From a virus, in UHGV virus genome UHGV-0106931: a stretch of DNA of 38,673 nucleotides. One strand, given 5' to 3'. The position numbers and the translations under genes were made by a program. Within the stretch, counting starts at the first letter, position 1; every line of letters starts with the position of its first letter. The notes beneath the pieces are model-generated. The model ran no database searches, was not told the origin of the DNA, and saw only the letters and a program-made list of their open reading frames with translations. This document shows, piece after piece, positions 1 to 10,095 of the stretch.

Positions 1-9
1 TTAGCAAGG

Positions 10-29
10 TTGTGTACATTTGTACACAA
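10..29. promoter_or_regulatory. Perfect palindrome TTGTGTACA-tt-TGTACACAA just upstream of rcdA; candidate TetR-family (RcdA) autoregulatory operator
   Basis: 9 bp inverted arms with 2 bp spacer, about 20 bp upstream of the rcdA start; TetR-type regulators commonly autoregulate through palindromic operators. Confidence 0.35.
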
Positions 30-49
30 TTGCAGAGAGAGGAAATGAC

Positions 50-586
50 ATGCGTCGCGCTAACGATCCGCAACGGCGAGAAAAAATTATCCAGGCCACG
101 CTGGAGGCGGTGAAACTTTATGGAATACATGCTGTTACGCACCGCAAAATTGCTACCCTTGCCGGGGTACCGTTGGGGTCGATGACCTACTATTTTTCAG
201 GAATTGATGAGTTGTTGCTGGAGGCGTTCAGCAGTTTTACTGAGATCATGTCCCGGCAATATCAGGCATTTTTTAGCGATGTTAGTGATGCTCCGGGCGC
301 ATGCCAGGCTATCACCAATATGATTTACAGCTCACAGGTTGCAACGCCGGATAACATGGAGCTGATGTACCAGCTCTACGCGCTGGCTAGCCGAAAACCG
401 CTATTAAAAACGGTAATGCAAAACTGGATGCAGCGCAGTCAGCAAACGCTCGAACAATGGTTTGAACCCGGAACCGCTCGCGCGCTTGATGCGTTTATTG
501 AGGGGATGACGCTGCATTTTGTCACCGACCGTAAGCCGCTATCACGCGAGGAGATTTTGAGGATGGTTGAGAGGGTTGCAGGGTAG
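50..586 (+). CDS. rcdA: TetR-family transcriptional regulator RcdA (YbjK)
   Basis: Translation [33 protein letters not shown]... matches E. coli RcdA as recalled; ATG at 50 chosen over the TTG at 20 in the ORF track. Confidence 0.88.
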   Translation: MRRANDPQRREKIIQATLEAVKLYGIHAVTHRKIATLAGVPLGSMTYYFSGIDELLLEAFSSFTEIMSRQYQAFFSDVSDAPGACQAITNMIYSSQVATPDNMELMYQLYALASRKPLLKTVMQNWMQRSQQTLEQWFEPGTARALDAFIEGMTLHFVTDRKPLSREEILRMVERVAG

Positions 587-589
587 TAG

Positions 590-616
590 ATAAATTTCAG
601 GCAACAAAAAACCCAT
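590..616. repeat. attL core: 27 bp direct repeat ATAAATTTCAGGCAACAAAAAACCCAT, identical to 35833-35859
   Basis: Exact 27 bp identity at both prophage ends; starts 4 bp after the rcdA stop codon. Confidence 0.75.
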
Positions 617-736
617 TTATGTAAATGGGTTAATGGAAACAATAAGTTAGAGTAAAAACAATAAGTTGGGTTGGTGGTCAGTGGTGGTTATTACGGGGTA
701 ATGCCAACCGATGCCGCCACTTTGTCGCCACTTGTT

Positions 737-1006
737 TTACCTTAGACGCCATGGGCTCCTATCTTCAATCTGTTCGACTAACCCCTCCTCTTCTAGTTCA
801 CGCAATAGTGCAACAACCCAATATTGTTGGTTCGAACTTGTGGCTTTCCGTTTTTCTCCCCAATCGAGGCCGCTTAGACGAAATACCTCAGCTTGCTTAA
901 CGCCGTTGCCGTTTTTTTGGGCATCTGGGTGAGTTTTAAGTACGGATAAAGCCAATTCTTTGGCTCTGTTGCGCAATTCCGCTCCCTGATGCTGAAACTT
1001 ATTCAT
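737..1006 (-). CDS. Hypothetical small protein (89 aa) between attL and int; possible winged-helix-like C-terminus
   Basis: Intact ORF with ATG and upstream GGAG; no family recognised by eye; position inside the att arm is unusual for P2/186. Confidence 0.4.
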   Translation of the reverse strand: MNKFQHQGAELRNRAKELALSVLKTHPDAQKNGNGVKQAEVFRLSGLDWGEKRKATSSNQQYWVVALLRELEEEGLVEQIEDRSPWRLR

Positions 1007-1064
1007 TGATAGTGCTCCATGTGAAAAAAAAGAATATTAGCTCAACAGGGCAAAATACGCATTT

Positions 1065-2096
1065 TCAAAAACTTGCTATTGATGTTGGTAGTGTTGCCAG
1101 CGGATTAAACCGTAATGCAGTTTCCAGGTGATCCGGTGCCAGATGTGCGTAACGCATAGTCATTTTTATGTCGTGATGTCCGAGGATTTTTTGCAAAGCA
1201 AGGATATTTCCACCCGACATCATAAAATGCGCCGCAAACGTATGGCGCAGAACGTGTGTCAGTTGACCGCGAGGGAGCACGATAGACGTTTTTTCCATCA
1301 CAGATAAAAATTGAAAATAGCAGTCTGTGAAGAAATTGAACCCATCAAGCGCCACGATCTCTTCGTAAAGTTCTTTACTGATAGGGATGCTTCTGTTTTT
1401 CTTCCCCTTCGTTCTTACAAAGGTAATTCGGTATTTGGTCACCTGTGAGCGGGTAATATTTACAGCTTCACGCCAGCGTGCGCCTGTGCTTAAGCATATC
1501 TTAACTACCAGTGCCAGAATTGGGTCCTGACGTTTGCAATCAGCCAGCAATTCAACAATCTGCTCATGGGTAAGCCATGCCATCTCTTTTTCTGCGATGG
1601 TGAATTTTCGCATGTTCTCCAGTGGGTTCGGATACGACCATTCGCCCAGGCGGGATAGTTCGCTAAAAACACTACTTAGATAGCTTTGCTCCAGATTAAT
1701 GGTGATCGGGCTTGCTCCTTTCTTCCATTTCTCGCTGAAGTAGATCTCTCCTGTCAGGCGTTTATCTCGATAGTGGGCAAACATTTTAGAGGTGAGATCT
1801 GTTGCAAGGGGATTGCCCAGAGCGTCAACCATCAACAGCAATTTGTCATAGACATGCTGTCCAGCGGTTAGAGATTTACCATGTAGTTTGAACCATAGCT
1901 CAACCACGTCTTTCAGTGTTCGACGATCCACTGATTCACCAAGCCAGGGCTTTGCTTCGGTTTCTTCCATCGTGTGGCGCTCAAAAGCCAGAGCTTCGCC
2001 TTTGGTGGCGAATTGTTTACGCACACGACGCCCACTTCGGCCGGCGGGGTAACATTCGCAAAGCCATTTCCCTGTGGTGAGTTTTCGTACTGTCAT
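1065..2096 (-). CDS. int: Tyrosine site-specific integrase (P2/186 Int family)
   Basis: C-terminal catalytic signature (ARWREA, HVLRHTFA, MTMRYAHL); start placed at MTVRKL (2096) by analogy with 186 Int, alternative ATG at 2111. Confidence 0.9.
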   Translation of the reverse strand: MTVRKLTTGKWLCECYPAGRSGRRVRKQFATKGEALAFERHTMEETEAKPWLGESVDRRTLKDVVELWFKLHGKSLTAGQHVYDKLLLMVDALGNPLATDLTSKMFAHYRDKRLTGEIYFSEKWKKGASPITINLEQSYLSSVFSELSRLGEWSYPNPLENMRKFTIAEKEMAWLTHEQIVELLADCKRQDPILALVVKICLSTGARWREAVNITRSQVTKYRITFVRTKGKKNRSIPISKELYEEIVALDGFNFFTDCYFQFLSVMEKTSIVLPRGQLTHVLRHTFAAHFMMSGGNILALQKILGHHDIKMTMRYAHLAPDHLETALRFNPLATLPTSIASF

Positions 2097-2177
2097 AAAA
2101 AATGCCCTCATATCAGAGGGCTAAATTTAACTGTATGTTTGACCAGTGGTCAATGTAGGATTTGGACTTACCATACA

Positions 2178-3629
2178 TCAATCAAACGTTGTGCTAAGTT
2201 CAATTAAATCGAAATATTGATGAATTTTTAGTTCATTATTTTCAAGTCTGCGTAATGCATATCCCATCTTTAGAAAATTAACTAACGTTTCATCAGCAGT
2301 TAAATATCCCTCTAACCATTGCTCTGGTGTGTCTAAGTGGTGTGAACCAGGAGGAGCCACTTTTATCATAGTTAAAATATTCCATGCTGTTTCTATATAA
2401 TTAATAATTCCTGTGGAAATTTCTTTTTTATTATATGAATTATTATGATAGTTACCTTTATGTTGTAAATATTTTACTTGTGTAGCGGCATAGGATAAGT
2501 CAAACGATAGTTTTATCGAGGCATTGGAGACGGCAGTTGTAATTTTTTCTTTTGATTTTATCCTTGAATAAAGGTCATAATCTTTGAAGTTTAATGTAGA
2601 TAGCATTAACATTAAGTTAGGGTCAAAACTCTTCTCCGTTGTAATTAATATATCGATTAATCTTTCGTATATTTTTATAGCATCTCTCAGGCTCATACTC
2701 ATCGATTGCAAGATCGATGAGCAGTTACTTATAAATGAATTTATATCTGGAGACATTGGCATGAGTTTTTTTCTTAAACTATCAAAATCAGAAATAATAT
2801 TTTCACCAGTTTTTGTTAACAATAAATCTTGAAATTGTGGAGATGGTAACAGAAAACGACGGTCGAAAAATCTACTCAAATAATGGCTGGCGGAAAAGTC
2901 TCGGCCATATAGGACCTTTATCGAGTGCTGCAGTTGTTGCGTATCAGTAGATATTATAAATACAACACCAGGAATATTGAATATGTGTTTTGTGATTTCC
3001 AGAAGGCTGATTGAAAAATCAGGTCTGCACCTGTCAAGCTCATCAATTATTATAAATAATGGTAATTTTTTATTTATACCATCCTTTTGTTTTATATGTT
3101 TAATCCATTCGCCAATTCCGAGTTTAATTGTTTGCACTTTTTTATTTTTTTCCGCATGTATATCTAAAAGTTTTTCAGAAAGACTTTTTGATAAATTAGA
3201 AATGGAGTCTATACCTAAATGTGTCTTAACTAAGCTTTCAATTATAATTGGTGTTGCTGTTTTTAAAAGAGGGCCTATATTTTCGATGGTTTTATTAATT
3301 ACTTTTGTGAATTTATCTGATTGCTCTGTTAATTGTTCTTTAATTGAACTAAATACTGTTAATAATGGATCGTCTGAGAAATCATCTTTCCATGCGTCTA
3401 TATAAACTGTAGGGTGACTGTTTGATATAGTTTTAGCAAATCGCTTTGTAAAGTAAGTTTTACCAGCACCCCATTGTGCATTAATATTTATGACTAGGTT
3501 TGAATTTTCACCTCTGGAAGAACAAACCTCATAAAGATATTTAGCATATTTACCCCTATCTAAGGTATCTGAAGGTAAGTACTCTCCCAAATACTCATCT
3601 TCGTTATTCCATTGCCATTCAATACTCAT
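2178..3629 (-). CDS. KAP-family P-loop NTPase (483 aa), moron between cI and int
   Basis: Walker A NAQWGAGKT and Walker B-like IIIDELDRCRPDF, characteristic of KAP NTPases; markedly AT-rich versus flanking phage genes; start ATG abuts the cI stop (TAAATG). Confidence 0.72.
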   Translation of the reverse strand: MSIEWQWNNEDEYLGEYLPSDTLDRGKYAKYLYEVCSSRGENSNLVININAQWGAGKTYFTKRFAKTISNSHPTVYIDAWKDDFSDDPLLTVFSSIKEQLTEQSDKFTKVINKTIENIGPLLKTATPIIIESLVKTHLGIDSISNLSKSLSEKLLDIHAEKNKKVQTIKLGIGEWIKHIKQKDGINKKLPLFIIIDELDRCRPDFSISLLEITKHIFNIPGVVFIISTDTQQLQHSIKVLYGRDFSASHYLSRFFDRRFLLPSPQFQDLLLTKTGENIISDFDSLRKKLMPMSPDINSFISNCSSILQSMSMSLRDAIKIYERLIDILITTEKSFDPNLMLMLSTLNFKDYDLYSRIKSKEKITTAVSNASIKLSFDLSYAATQVKYLQHKGNYHNNSYNKKEISTGIINYIETAWNILTMIKVAPPGSHHLDTPEQWLEGYLTADETLVNFLKMGYALRRLENNELKIHQYFDLIELSTTFD

Positions 3630-4193
3630 TTATACCTCACTTATAACGCAATGTACTTTTGCAACAGGTTTTATATCATTAATGCCGCATTTAAATGAAA
3701 ATCCCTCTCCAGTAACCATGACTTTTTTAACTGGAATTAGATTGATTTTTTTTATGCTTAATTTTCCTTCTATTTCCACAAGCCACTGACCGTCAGAAAT
3801 AATGACATCTTCTCGATCACAAATATAAATCTGTTGATTAGCTAGTATAGCTAATGGAGATTTTGTTTTTCTCGGTAGTAAGATGGGATCAATCTTGTGT
3901 GTTCCAAGTTCGACGCTGTCTCCATTCTTTAATTCGTGCGTTTCAACATCAATTAACGTTGTTTCAGTATTCTTAATTAACTCACCTTTACCCGAGACGA
4001 GCCAATCAATTGAAATGCCGGTTTCCATCGCACATTGAAGAACCCAATCTGCGGGAAAAATATCACGCATGTAACGTGTCGCCATAGTGCTCTTTGATAC
4101 ACCTAAGTGGTCGCAGAGGGCCTGCCGGGTTGTGAACCCATATGCCTCTACCAAACGTTCAATTACTTTCTTACCACCGCTACTGAAATCCAT
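3630..4193 (-). CDS. cI: CI-type immunity repressor (186 CI-like, 187 aa)
   Basis: N-terminal HTH (TTRQALCDHLGVSKSTMATRYMRD); transcribed divergently from the apl/cII operon; GGAGG RBS. Confidence 0.75.
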   Translation of the reverse strand: MDFSSGGKKVIERLVEAYGFTTRQALCDHLGVSKSTMATRYMRDIFPADWVLQCAMETGISIDWLVSGKGELIKNTETTLIDVETHELKNGDSVELGTHKIDPILLPRKTKSPLAILANQQIYICDREDVIISDGQWLVEIEGKLSIKKINLIPVKKVMVTGEGFSFKCGINDIKPVAKVHCVISEV

Positions 4194-4338
4194 AAGTCCT
4201 CCAAAGAAATCTAAAGTTTGTTGACAGATTCCAAAAGCGATCTTAAAGTTGAGCTAGAAGAGTTCTTTTGGAGCCTTCACTACTAATCACGACAAACAAC
4301 GGCTCGCCACAAGCCATACTGATAAGGAATGTTGCCTT

Positions 4339-4542
4339 ATGACACCTAACATTTCAATTACTCTGAATACACCCCATGTCACGATCGAACGTTATAGCGA
4401 ACTGACAGGCCTTTCTATTGATACGATTAACGACATGTTGGCTGATGGCCGACTACCTCGTCATCGTCTTCGTAAAGACAAAAAACGTGAAAAGGTAATG
4501 ATTAACCTGGCTGCTCTGACTGTTGATGCTTTGTCTGCTTAA
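4339..4542 (+). CDS. apl: Apl/Cox-like excisionase/early regulator (67 aa)
   Basis: Small HTH protein (LTGLSIDTINDMLADGRLP) as first gene of the rightward early operon, opposite cI. Confidence 0.6.
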   Translation: MTPNISITLNTPHVTIERYSELTGLSIDTINDMLADGRLPRHRLRKDKKREKVMINLAALTVDALSA

Positions 4543-4605
4543 TAGATGCCTATTTCGCAAGAAGACACTGAGTTCGATTTTGCGATAAGTTCGGAGTTGA
4601 GAACC

Positions 4606-5115
4606 ATGTTTGATTACCAAGTTTCCAAACATCCACATTTTGATGAAGCCTGTCGTGCATTCGCACTGCGCCACAATCTGGTGCAACTGGCAGAACGTGC
4701 AGGCATGAATGTGCAGATTCTGCGGAACAAGCTGAACCCAGCTCAACCTCATTTATTAACCGCACCAGAAATCTGGTTGCTTACTGATCTGACTGAAGAT
4801 TCAACGTTGGTAGATGGTTTTCTGGCACAGATTCATTGTCTGCCATGTGTACCGATTAATGAGGTAGCAAAAGAGAAACTGCCGCATTACGTCATGAGCG
4901 CAACTGCAGAGATCGGGCGTGTTGCAGCAGGTGCGGTATCTGGTGATGTAAAAACTAGTGCCGGTCGTCGTGATGCTATCAGCAGCATTAACTCTGTAAC
5001 ACGACTGATGGCGCTGGCTGCTGTTTCATTGCAGGCCCGTTTACAGGCTAATCCTGCGATGGCGAGTGCAGTTGATACCGTGACTGGCCTCGGTGCTTCA
5101 TTCGGTTTGCTGTGA
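4606..5115 (+). CDS. cII: 186 CII-like lysogeny-establishment regulator
   Basis: [25 protein letters not shown]...[25 protein letters not shown] closely resembles 186 CII as recalled; start set at MFDYQ, upstream ATG at 4546 possible. Confidence 0.72.
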   Translation: MFDYQVSKHPHFDEACRAFALRHNLVQLAERAGMNVQILRNKLNPAQPHLLTAPEIWLLTDLTEDSTLVDGFLAQIHCLPCVPINEVAKEKLPHYVMSATAEIGRVAAGAVSGDVKTSAGRRDAISSINSVTRLMALAAVSLQARLQANPAMASAVDTVTGLGASFGLL

Positions 5116-5122
5116 GGTGCTT

Positions 5123-5323
5123 ATGCTGACGAAAGAACCATCATTTGCATCGCTGCTGGTAAAACAAAGCCCGGCAATGCACTACGGTCACGGCTGGATC
5201 ACGGGTGAGGATGGAAAACGCTGGCATCCATGTCATTCACAAGATGAATTGCTGGCAGAACTATCTACGAAAAAACGGGGGAACAAATGGCTATTGAAGG
5301 CGCTGCGGCGACTGTTCCATTAA
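5123..5323 (+). CDS. Hypothetical early protein (about 66 aa)
   Basis: ORF in early operon; start uncertain (ATG 5123, GTG 5093 or 5117). Confidence 0.35.
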   Translation: MLTKEPSFASLLVKQSPAMHYGHGWITGEDGKRWHPCHSQDELLAELSTKKRGNKWLLKALRRLFH

Positions 5324-5628
5324 GACCCGGTGAACGCCTGAATGGACTTAATCATATTGCGGAGTTAAGGGCGAAAGTTTTTGGTTTGAATATTGAGTCA
5401 GAGCTTGAGCGGTTTATTAAAGATATGCGTGATCCACGGGATATCAATAATGAACAAAATAAACGGGCACTGGCTGCCATATTCTTTATGGCAAAAATTC
5501 CAGCTGAACGTCATAGTATCAGCATTAATGAGCTGACCACTGACGAAAAGCGGGAGTTGATTAAAGCAATGAATCATTTTCGTGCAGTGGTGAGCTTATT
5601 TCCCAGACGGCTAACCATGCCGAATTAA
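5287..5628 (+). CDS. Hypothetical early protein (113 aa)
   Basis: ATG with upstream GGGGG; overlaps the preceding ORF by 37 nt in another frame. Confidence 0.4.
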   Translation: MAIEGAAATVPLRPGERLNGLNHIAELRAKVFGLNIESELERFIKDMRDPRDINNEQNKRALAAIFFMAKIPAERHSISINELTTDEKRELIKAMNHFRAVVSLFPRRLTMPN

Positions 5629-5695
5629 CCAACTAATGAAATTAATGGCGTAAACCCGCAGGGCATCCCTTTATCTAAATTCAGGAGAATTGATT

Positions 5696-5929
5696 ATGCG
5701 TAATATTGAAACCCTCACGACTAAAACCGGACCGGATGACGCAGGGCTTAATATTTTACTGACAGAGGCTCGTCTGGAAGAACGCCGGGCAAGGGCTGAA
5801 GCAATGGCAGCTCGCCTTGATAGCCTGGCGTGCCATATCACATCCCGCCAGCTAAACCACGTCGAAGCGGCAGAACTGCTGCGTGTAACTGCTGAAGCAA
5901 TCCAGAACGAAGCGCAGGAGATCCACTAA
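5696..5929 (+). CDS. Hypothetical early protein (77 aa)
   Basis: AGGAGA RBS 7 nt upstream of ATG 5696; stop overlaps next start (TAATG). Confidence 0.5.
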   Translation: MRNIETLTTKTGPDDAGLNILLTEARLEERRARAEAMAARLDSLACHITSRQLNHVEAAELLRVTAEAIQNEAQEIH

Positions 5930-6156
5930 TGGCTGATGCAATGGATCTCGTACAGCAGCGCGTTGAAGAAGAACGCCAGCGCCATATTCGTGCTGCCCGT
6001 GCCAAAACACCGGGCGTGTCTCGCGTGCTTTGTATTGAATGTGAAGCGCCAATTCCGCCAGCACGACGCCGCGCCATTCCGGGAGTGCAGCTTTGCATTA
6101 CCTGCCAGGAAATCGCAGAGCTGAAGGGCAAACATTACAACGGAGGTGCTGTATGA
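5929..6156 (+). CDS. TraR/DksA-family C4 zinc-finger protein
   Basis: [25 protein letters not shown] is a Cys-x2-Cys...Cys-x2-Cys zinc ribbon typical of phage TraR-like proteins. Confidence 0.6.
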
Positions 6157-6455
6157 CAAGGGCAGTGCGTATCCATCAATTAAAAATTGCACCTAAGTAT
6201 TTCAACGCTGTGGTTGCAGGTCAAAAGACGGCTGAACTTCGTAAAGACGATCGTGGCTATAAAGTTGGTGATGTTCTTTCTCTTTGCGAATGGAAGCATG
6301 GCGTATTTACGGGTAGGGAATGGGCCGCTGTTATCTCTCATGTGCTTCCGGTTAATGACGTCATGGCAGTTTCAGAACAATGGGTGATGCTATCAATTCG
6401 TCCATTAACCCCATTAGAAGCTTTAGGATATGTTATTGCAGGAGGTGCTGTATGA
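6153..6455 (+). CDS. Small PUA/ASCH-like (DUF3850-type) protein
   Basis: [42 protein letters not shown] resembles ASCH/DUF3850 phage proteins (from memory); ATGA-coupled to neighbours. Confidence 0.5.
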
Positions 6456-7309
6456 GCACCATCCTGAAATGGGCGGGAAATAAAACCGCCATTATGTCCG
6501 AACTGAAAAAACATCTTCCTGCTGGCCCGCGACTGGTTGAACCTTTCGCGGGTTCCTGTGCTGTGATGATGGAAACGGATTATCCCAGCTATCTGGTTGC
6601 GGATATTAATCCTGATTTAATCAACCTCTATAAAAAGGTTGCCGCTGATTGTGAATCGTTTATATCTCGCGCCAGAGTTTTATTTGAGATCGCAAACAGG
6701 GAGGTGGCTTATTACAACATAAGGCAGGAGTTTAATTACTCAACTGAAATTACTGATTTCATGAAAGCGGTATATTTCCTGTATCTCAATCGTCACGGTT
6801 ACCGTGGTTTATGTCGCTATAACAAGAGCGGGCATTTCAACATTCCCTACGGTAATTATAAAAATCCGTATTTCCCTGAAAAAGAAATTCGCGCTTTTGC
6901 AGAAAAAGCCCAGCGAGCAACGTTTATCTGCGCCAGCTTTGATGAAACGCTGGCGATGTTGAAGGCGGGGGATGTGGTGTATTGCGATCCGCCTTATGAC
7001 GGTACGTTTTCCGGCTATCACACTGATGGTTTCACTGAAGATGACCAGTATCACCTGGCATCTGTTCTTGAACATCGATCATCAGAAGGACATCCGGTCA
7101 TTGTTTCTAACAGTGACACATCCCTGATCCGTTCGCTGTATCGCAATTTTACTCACCACTACATCAAGGCAAAACGCAGCATCGGCGTAGCAGCTGGTGA
7201 GAGTAAATCTGCAACAGAAATCATCGCTGTTTCCGGGCCACGCTGCTGGGTGGAATTTGATCCTTCGCGTGGCGTGGATAGTTCTGCTGTATACGAGGTG
7301 CGTGTATGA
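6452..7309 (+). CDS. dam: DNA adenine methyltransferase (Dam family)
   Basis: N-terminal KWAGNK and catalytic DPPY motifs; ATGA overlap with upstream gene. Confidence 0.85.
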
Positions 7310-9720
7310 GTCATGACGATATGAGCAACTCTAGCGGCTTTAACGAGGCCGCTACAGCATTTTCATGGAACGGCCCGAAAAAGGCCATTAACCCTTATCT
7401 GGACCCGGCGGAAGTTGCGCCGGAGTCTGCACTTTTAAACCTGATCACTCTGTACGCTGCCGATAATGAGCAGGAACAGCTGCGCCGCGATGCACTGAGT
7501 GAGCAGGTCTGGGAGCGTTATTTCTTTAATGAATCTCGTGATCCTGTCCAGCGCGAAATGGAGCAGGATAAGCTCATTAGCCGGGCAAAGCTGGCGCATG
7601 AACAGCAGCGTTTTAACCCGGACATGGTCATTCTGGCGGACGTCAGCGCCCAGCCCACCCATATTAGCAAGCCGCTGATGCAACGTATCGAATACTTCAG
7701 CAGCCTGGGCAGGCCAAAGGCTTATTCCCGCTATTTGCGTGAGACGATTAAGCCATGTCTGGAGCGACTGGATTGTGTACGTGACAGTCAGCTGTCTGCT
7801 TCTTTCCGTTTTATGGCAAGCCATCAAGGGCTGGAGGGCCTGCTGATCCTGCCTGAAATGAGTCAGGACCAGGTGAAACGCCTGTCCACCCTGGTAGCTG
7901 CGCATATGAGCATGTGCCTTGATGCAGCTTGTGGCGATTTGTATGCCACCGATGACGTTAAGCCAGAAGAAATCCGCAAGACATGGGAAAAGGTGGCGGC
8001 GGAAACCCTGCGTCTGGATGTCATCCCACCTGCGTTTGAGCAACTCCGTCGGAAAAGAAACCGCCGTAAACCCGTACCCTATGAACTCATTCCGGGTTCG
8101 CTGGCGCGTATGTTGTGCGCCGACTGGTGGTATCGGAAATTATGGAAGATGCGTTGCGAATGGCGGGAAGAGCAGTTGCGTGCTGTCTGCCTGGTCAGCA
8201 AAAAAGCATCTCCCTATGTCAGCTATGAAGCCGTGATGCATAAACGTGAGCAGCGCCGTAAGTCGCTGGAGTTTTTCCGTTCTCATGAACTGGTGAACGA
8301 AGACGGCGACACGCTGGACATGGAGGATGTGGTAAACGCCAGCAGCAGCAACCCTGCGCATCGCCGCAATGAGATGATGGCCTGTGTTAAAGGTCTGGAG
8401 CTTATCGCGGAAATGCGCGGTGACTGCGCCGTTTTCTACACTATCACCTGTCCGTCACGTTTCCATTCCACGCTCAACAACGGCAGACCCAACCCGACCT
8501 GGACAAATGCGACGGTAAGACAAAGCAGCGATTATCTGGTCGGCATGTTTGCTGCATTTCGTAAGGCAATGCACAAAACCGGGTTGCGCTGGTATGGCGT
8601 GCGGGTGGCTGAGCCGCACCATGACGGTACTGTGCACTGGCATCTCATGTGCTTCATGCGTAAAAAAGACCGCCGCGCCATCACTGCATTACTGCGTAAG
8701 TTTGCCATCCGTGTAGACCGCGAGGAGCTGGGCAACAACACGGGGCCACGCTTTAAGTCTGAGCTGATTAACCCGCGCAAAGGAACACCGACAAGCTACA
8801 TCGCGAAATACATCAGTAAGAACATTGACGGGCGTGGTCTGGCCGGCGAGATCAGCAAGGAAACGGGTAAATCCCTGCGTGATAACGCCGAATACGTTAA
8901 TGCCTGGGCGTCTCTGCATCGTGTTCAGCAGTTCCGCTTCTTTGGTATTCCGGGACGTCAGGCTTACCGTGAACTTCGCTTGCTGGCTGGTCAGGCGGCA
9001 AGGCAACAGGGTGACAAAAAAGCAGGTGCGCCGATACTGGATGACCCGCGCCTTGATGCCATCCTGGCTGCTGCTGATGCTGGTTGTTTTGCCACCTACA
9101 TCATGAAGCAGGGCGGCGTACTGGTTCCCCGTAAATATCACCTTATCAGAACCGCTTATGAAATCAACGAAGAGCCGACCGCCTATGGCGATCACGGCAT
9201 TCGTATTTATGGCATCTGGTCACCCATTGCAGAGGGCAAGATCTGCACTCATGCAGTGAAGTGGAAAATGGTTCGTAAGGCCGTTGACGTTCAGGAGGCG
9301 GAAGCCGACCAGGGCGCTTGCGCCCCTTGGACTCGTGGCAATAACTGTCCCCTTGCTGAAAATTTGAACCAACATGAGAAAGATGAATCAGCAGATGGGG
9401 ATACCAGAACGGACATTACCTGCATGGATGACAAGGAATTGCACGATTACCTGCACAGTATGAGCAAAAAAGAGCGCCGGGAACTGGCAGCAAGATTGCG
9501 CCTGGTTAAACCGAAACGGCGTAAAGACTACAAACAGCGAATTACAGAGTATCAGCGTCAGCAGCTCGTCTATGAACTGAAGTCCAGAGGATTTGATGGC
9601 AGCGAGAAAGAGGTCGATTTGCTCCTTTGCGGTGGCAGTATTCCGTCAGGAGCAGGCCTGCGTATCTTCTATCGGAACCAGCGTTTGCAGGAAGATGATA
9701 AGTGGCGGAACCTGTATTAA
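7306..9720 (+). CDS. A: Replication initiation endonuclease gpA (rolling-circle, P2/186 A family)
   Basis: 804 aa protein following the early operon in the P2 gene A position; HxH-containing region (TVHWHLMCF) consistent with a HUH-type nickase. Confidence 0.82.
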   Translation: MSHDDMSNSSGFNEAATAFSWNGPKKAINPYLDPAEVAPESALLNLITLYAADNEQEQLRRDALSEQVWERYFFNESRDPVQREMEQDKLISRAKLAHEQQRFNPDMVILADVSAQPTHISKPLMQRIEYFSSLGRPKAYSRYLRETIKPCLERLDCVRDSQLSASFRFMASHQGLEGLLILPEMSQDQVKRLSTLVAAHMSMCLDAACGDLYATDDVKPEEIRKTWEKVAAETLRLDVIPPAFEQLRRKRNRRKPVPYELIPGSLARMLCADWWYRKLWKMRCEWREEQLRAVCLVSKKASPYVSYEAVMHKREQRRKSLEFFRSHELVNEDGDTLDMEDVVNASSSNPAHRRNEMMACVKGLELIAEMRGDCAVFYTITCPSRFHSTLNNGRPNPTWTNATVRQSSDYLVGMFAAFRKAMHKTGLRWYGVRVAEPHHDGTVHWHLMCFMRKKDRRAITALLRKFAIRVDREELGNNTGPRFKSELINPRKGTPTSYIAKYISKNIDGRGLAGEISKETGKSLRDNAEYVNAWASLHRVQQFRFFGIPGRQAYRELRLLAGQAARQQGDKKAGAPILDDPRLDAILAAADAGCFATYIMKQGGVLVPRKYHLIRTAYEINEEPTAYGDHGIRIYGIWSPIAEGKICTHAVKWKMVRKAVDVQEAEADQGACAPWTRGNNCPLAENLNQHEKDESADGDTRTDITCMDDKELHDYLHSMSKKERRELAARLRLVKPKRRKDYKQRITEYQRQQLVYELKSRGFDGSEKEVDLLLCGGSIPSGAGLRIFYRNQRLQEDDKWRNLY

Positions 9721-9812
9721 TCACGCGGGTTAACAATTCGTGCTCTTAATAATACCAGGCATATCAGGCTGATGAACGTAAAAAAACGTTTTACATCAGT
9801 AAGATTATTATA

Positions 9813-9832
9813 TACTGTAAATATAAACAGTG
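9813..9832. promoter_or_regulatory. LexA (SOS) box TACTGTAAATATAAACAGTG overlapping a sigma70-like promoter
   Basis: Perfect CTGT-N8-ACAG with AT-rich spacer; TTTACA (9790-9795) and TATACT (9811-9816) hexamers; lies 42 bp upstream of the ATG at 9874. Confidence 0.6.
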
Positions 9833-9873
9833 GTTATATGTACAGTATTGCGTATGGTGTTATAGGAGGAAAG

Positions 9874-10062
9874 ATGCAGGACTATTTTTTGGAGTCTTTG
9901 AAGCTCCAGCGCATTGATTTTTTTCTTAAGCTTGTAGCGGCTAGTGAGTGTAGTGATGAAGAGAAGGGGCTAGCTCTGCAGTGGGTTTCTGAATTGACTG
10001 ATGAGTTGATGGCGAAAATTCGAAGCCATGAATACAGTAGGTCGATGGATGTAATCAGTTGA
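9874..10062 (+). CDS. Small SOS-controlled protein (62 aa); candidate Tum-like antirepressor
   Basis: AGGAGG RBS 5 nt before ATG; downstream of the LexA box; position matches 186 tum (between A and cos). The longer ORF from 9772 would contain the operator. Confidence 0.4.
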   Translation: MQDYFLESLKLQRIDFFLKLVAASECSDEEKGLALQWVSELTDELMAKIRSHEYSRSMDVIS

Positions 10063-10095
10063 GCTTGTTTCGTTAGGACTTGATAAGGGAACCGA

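Noticed and set aside
2178-3629. KAP gene as a restriction-modification or toxin-antitoxin pair
   Set aside because: It is a single gene with no partner ORF between cI and int; the plus-strand ORFs inside it (2584-2832, 2977-3405) are AT-rich shadow frames
9772-10062. Longer 96 aa version of the SOS-controlled ORF starting at ATG 9772
   Set aside because: It would contain the LexA operator and promoter hexamers within its coding sequence; the downstream ATG at 9874 has a strong AGGAGG RBS
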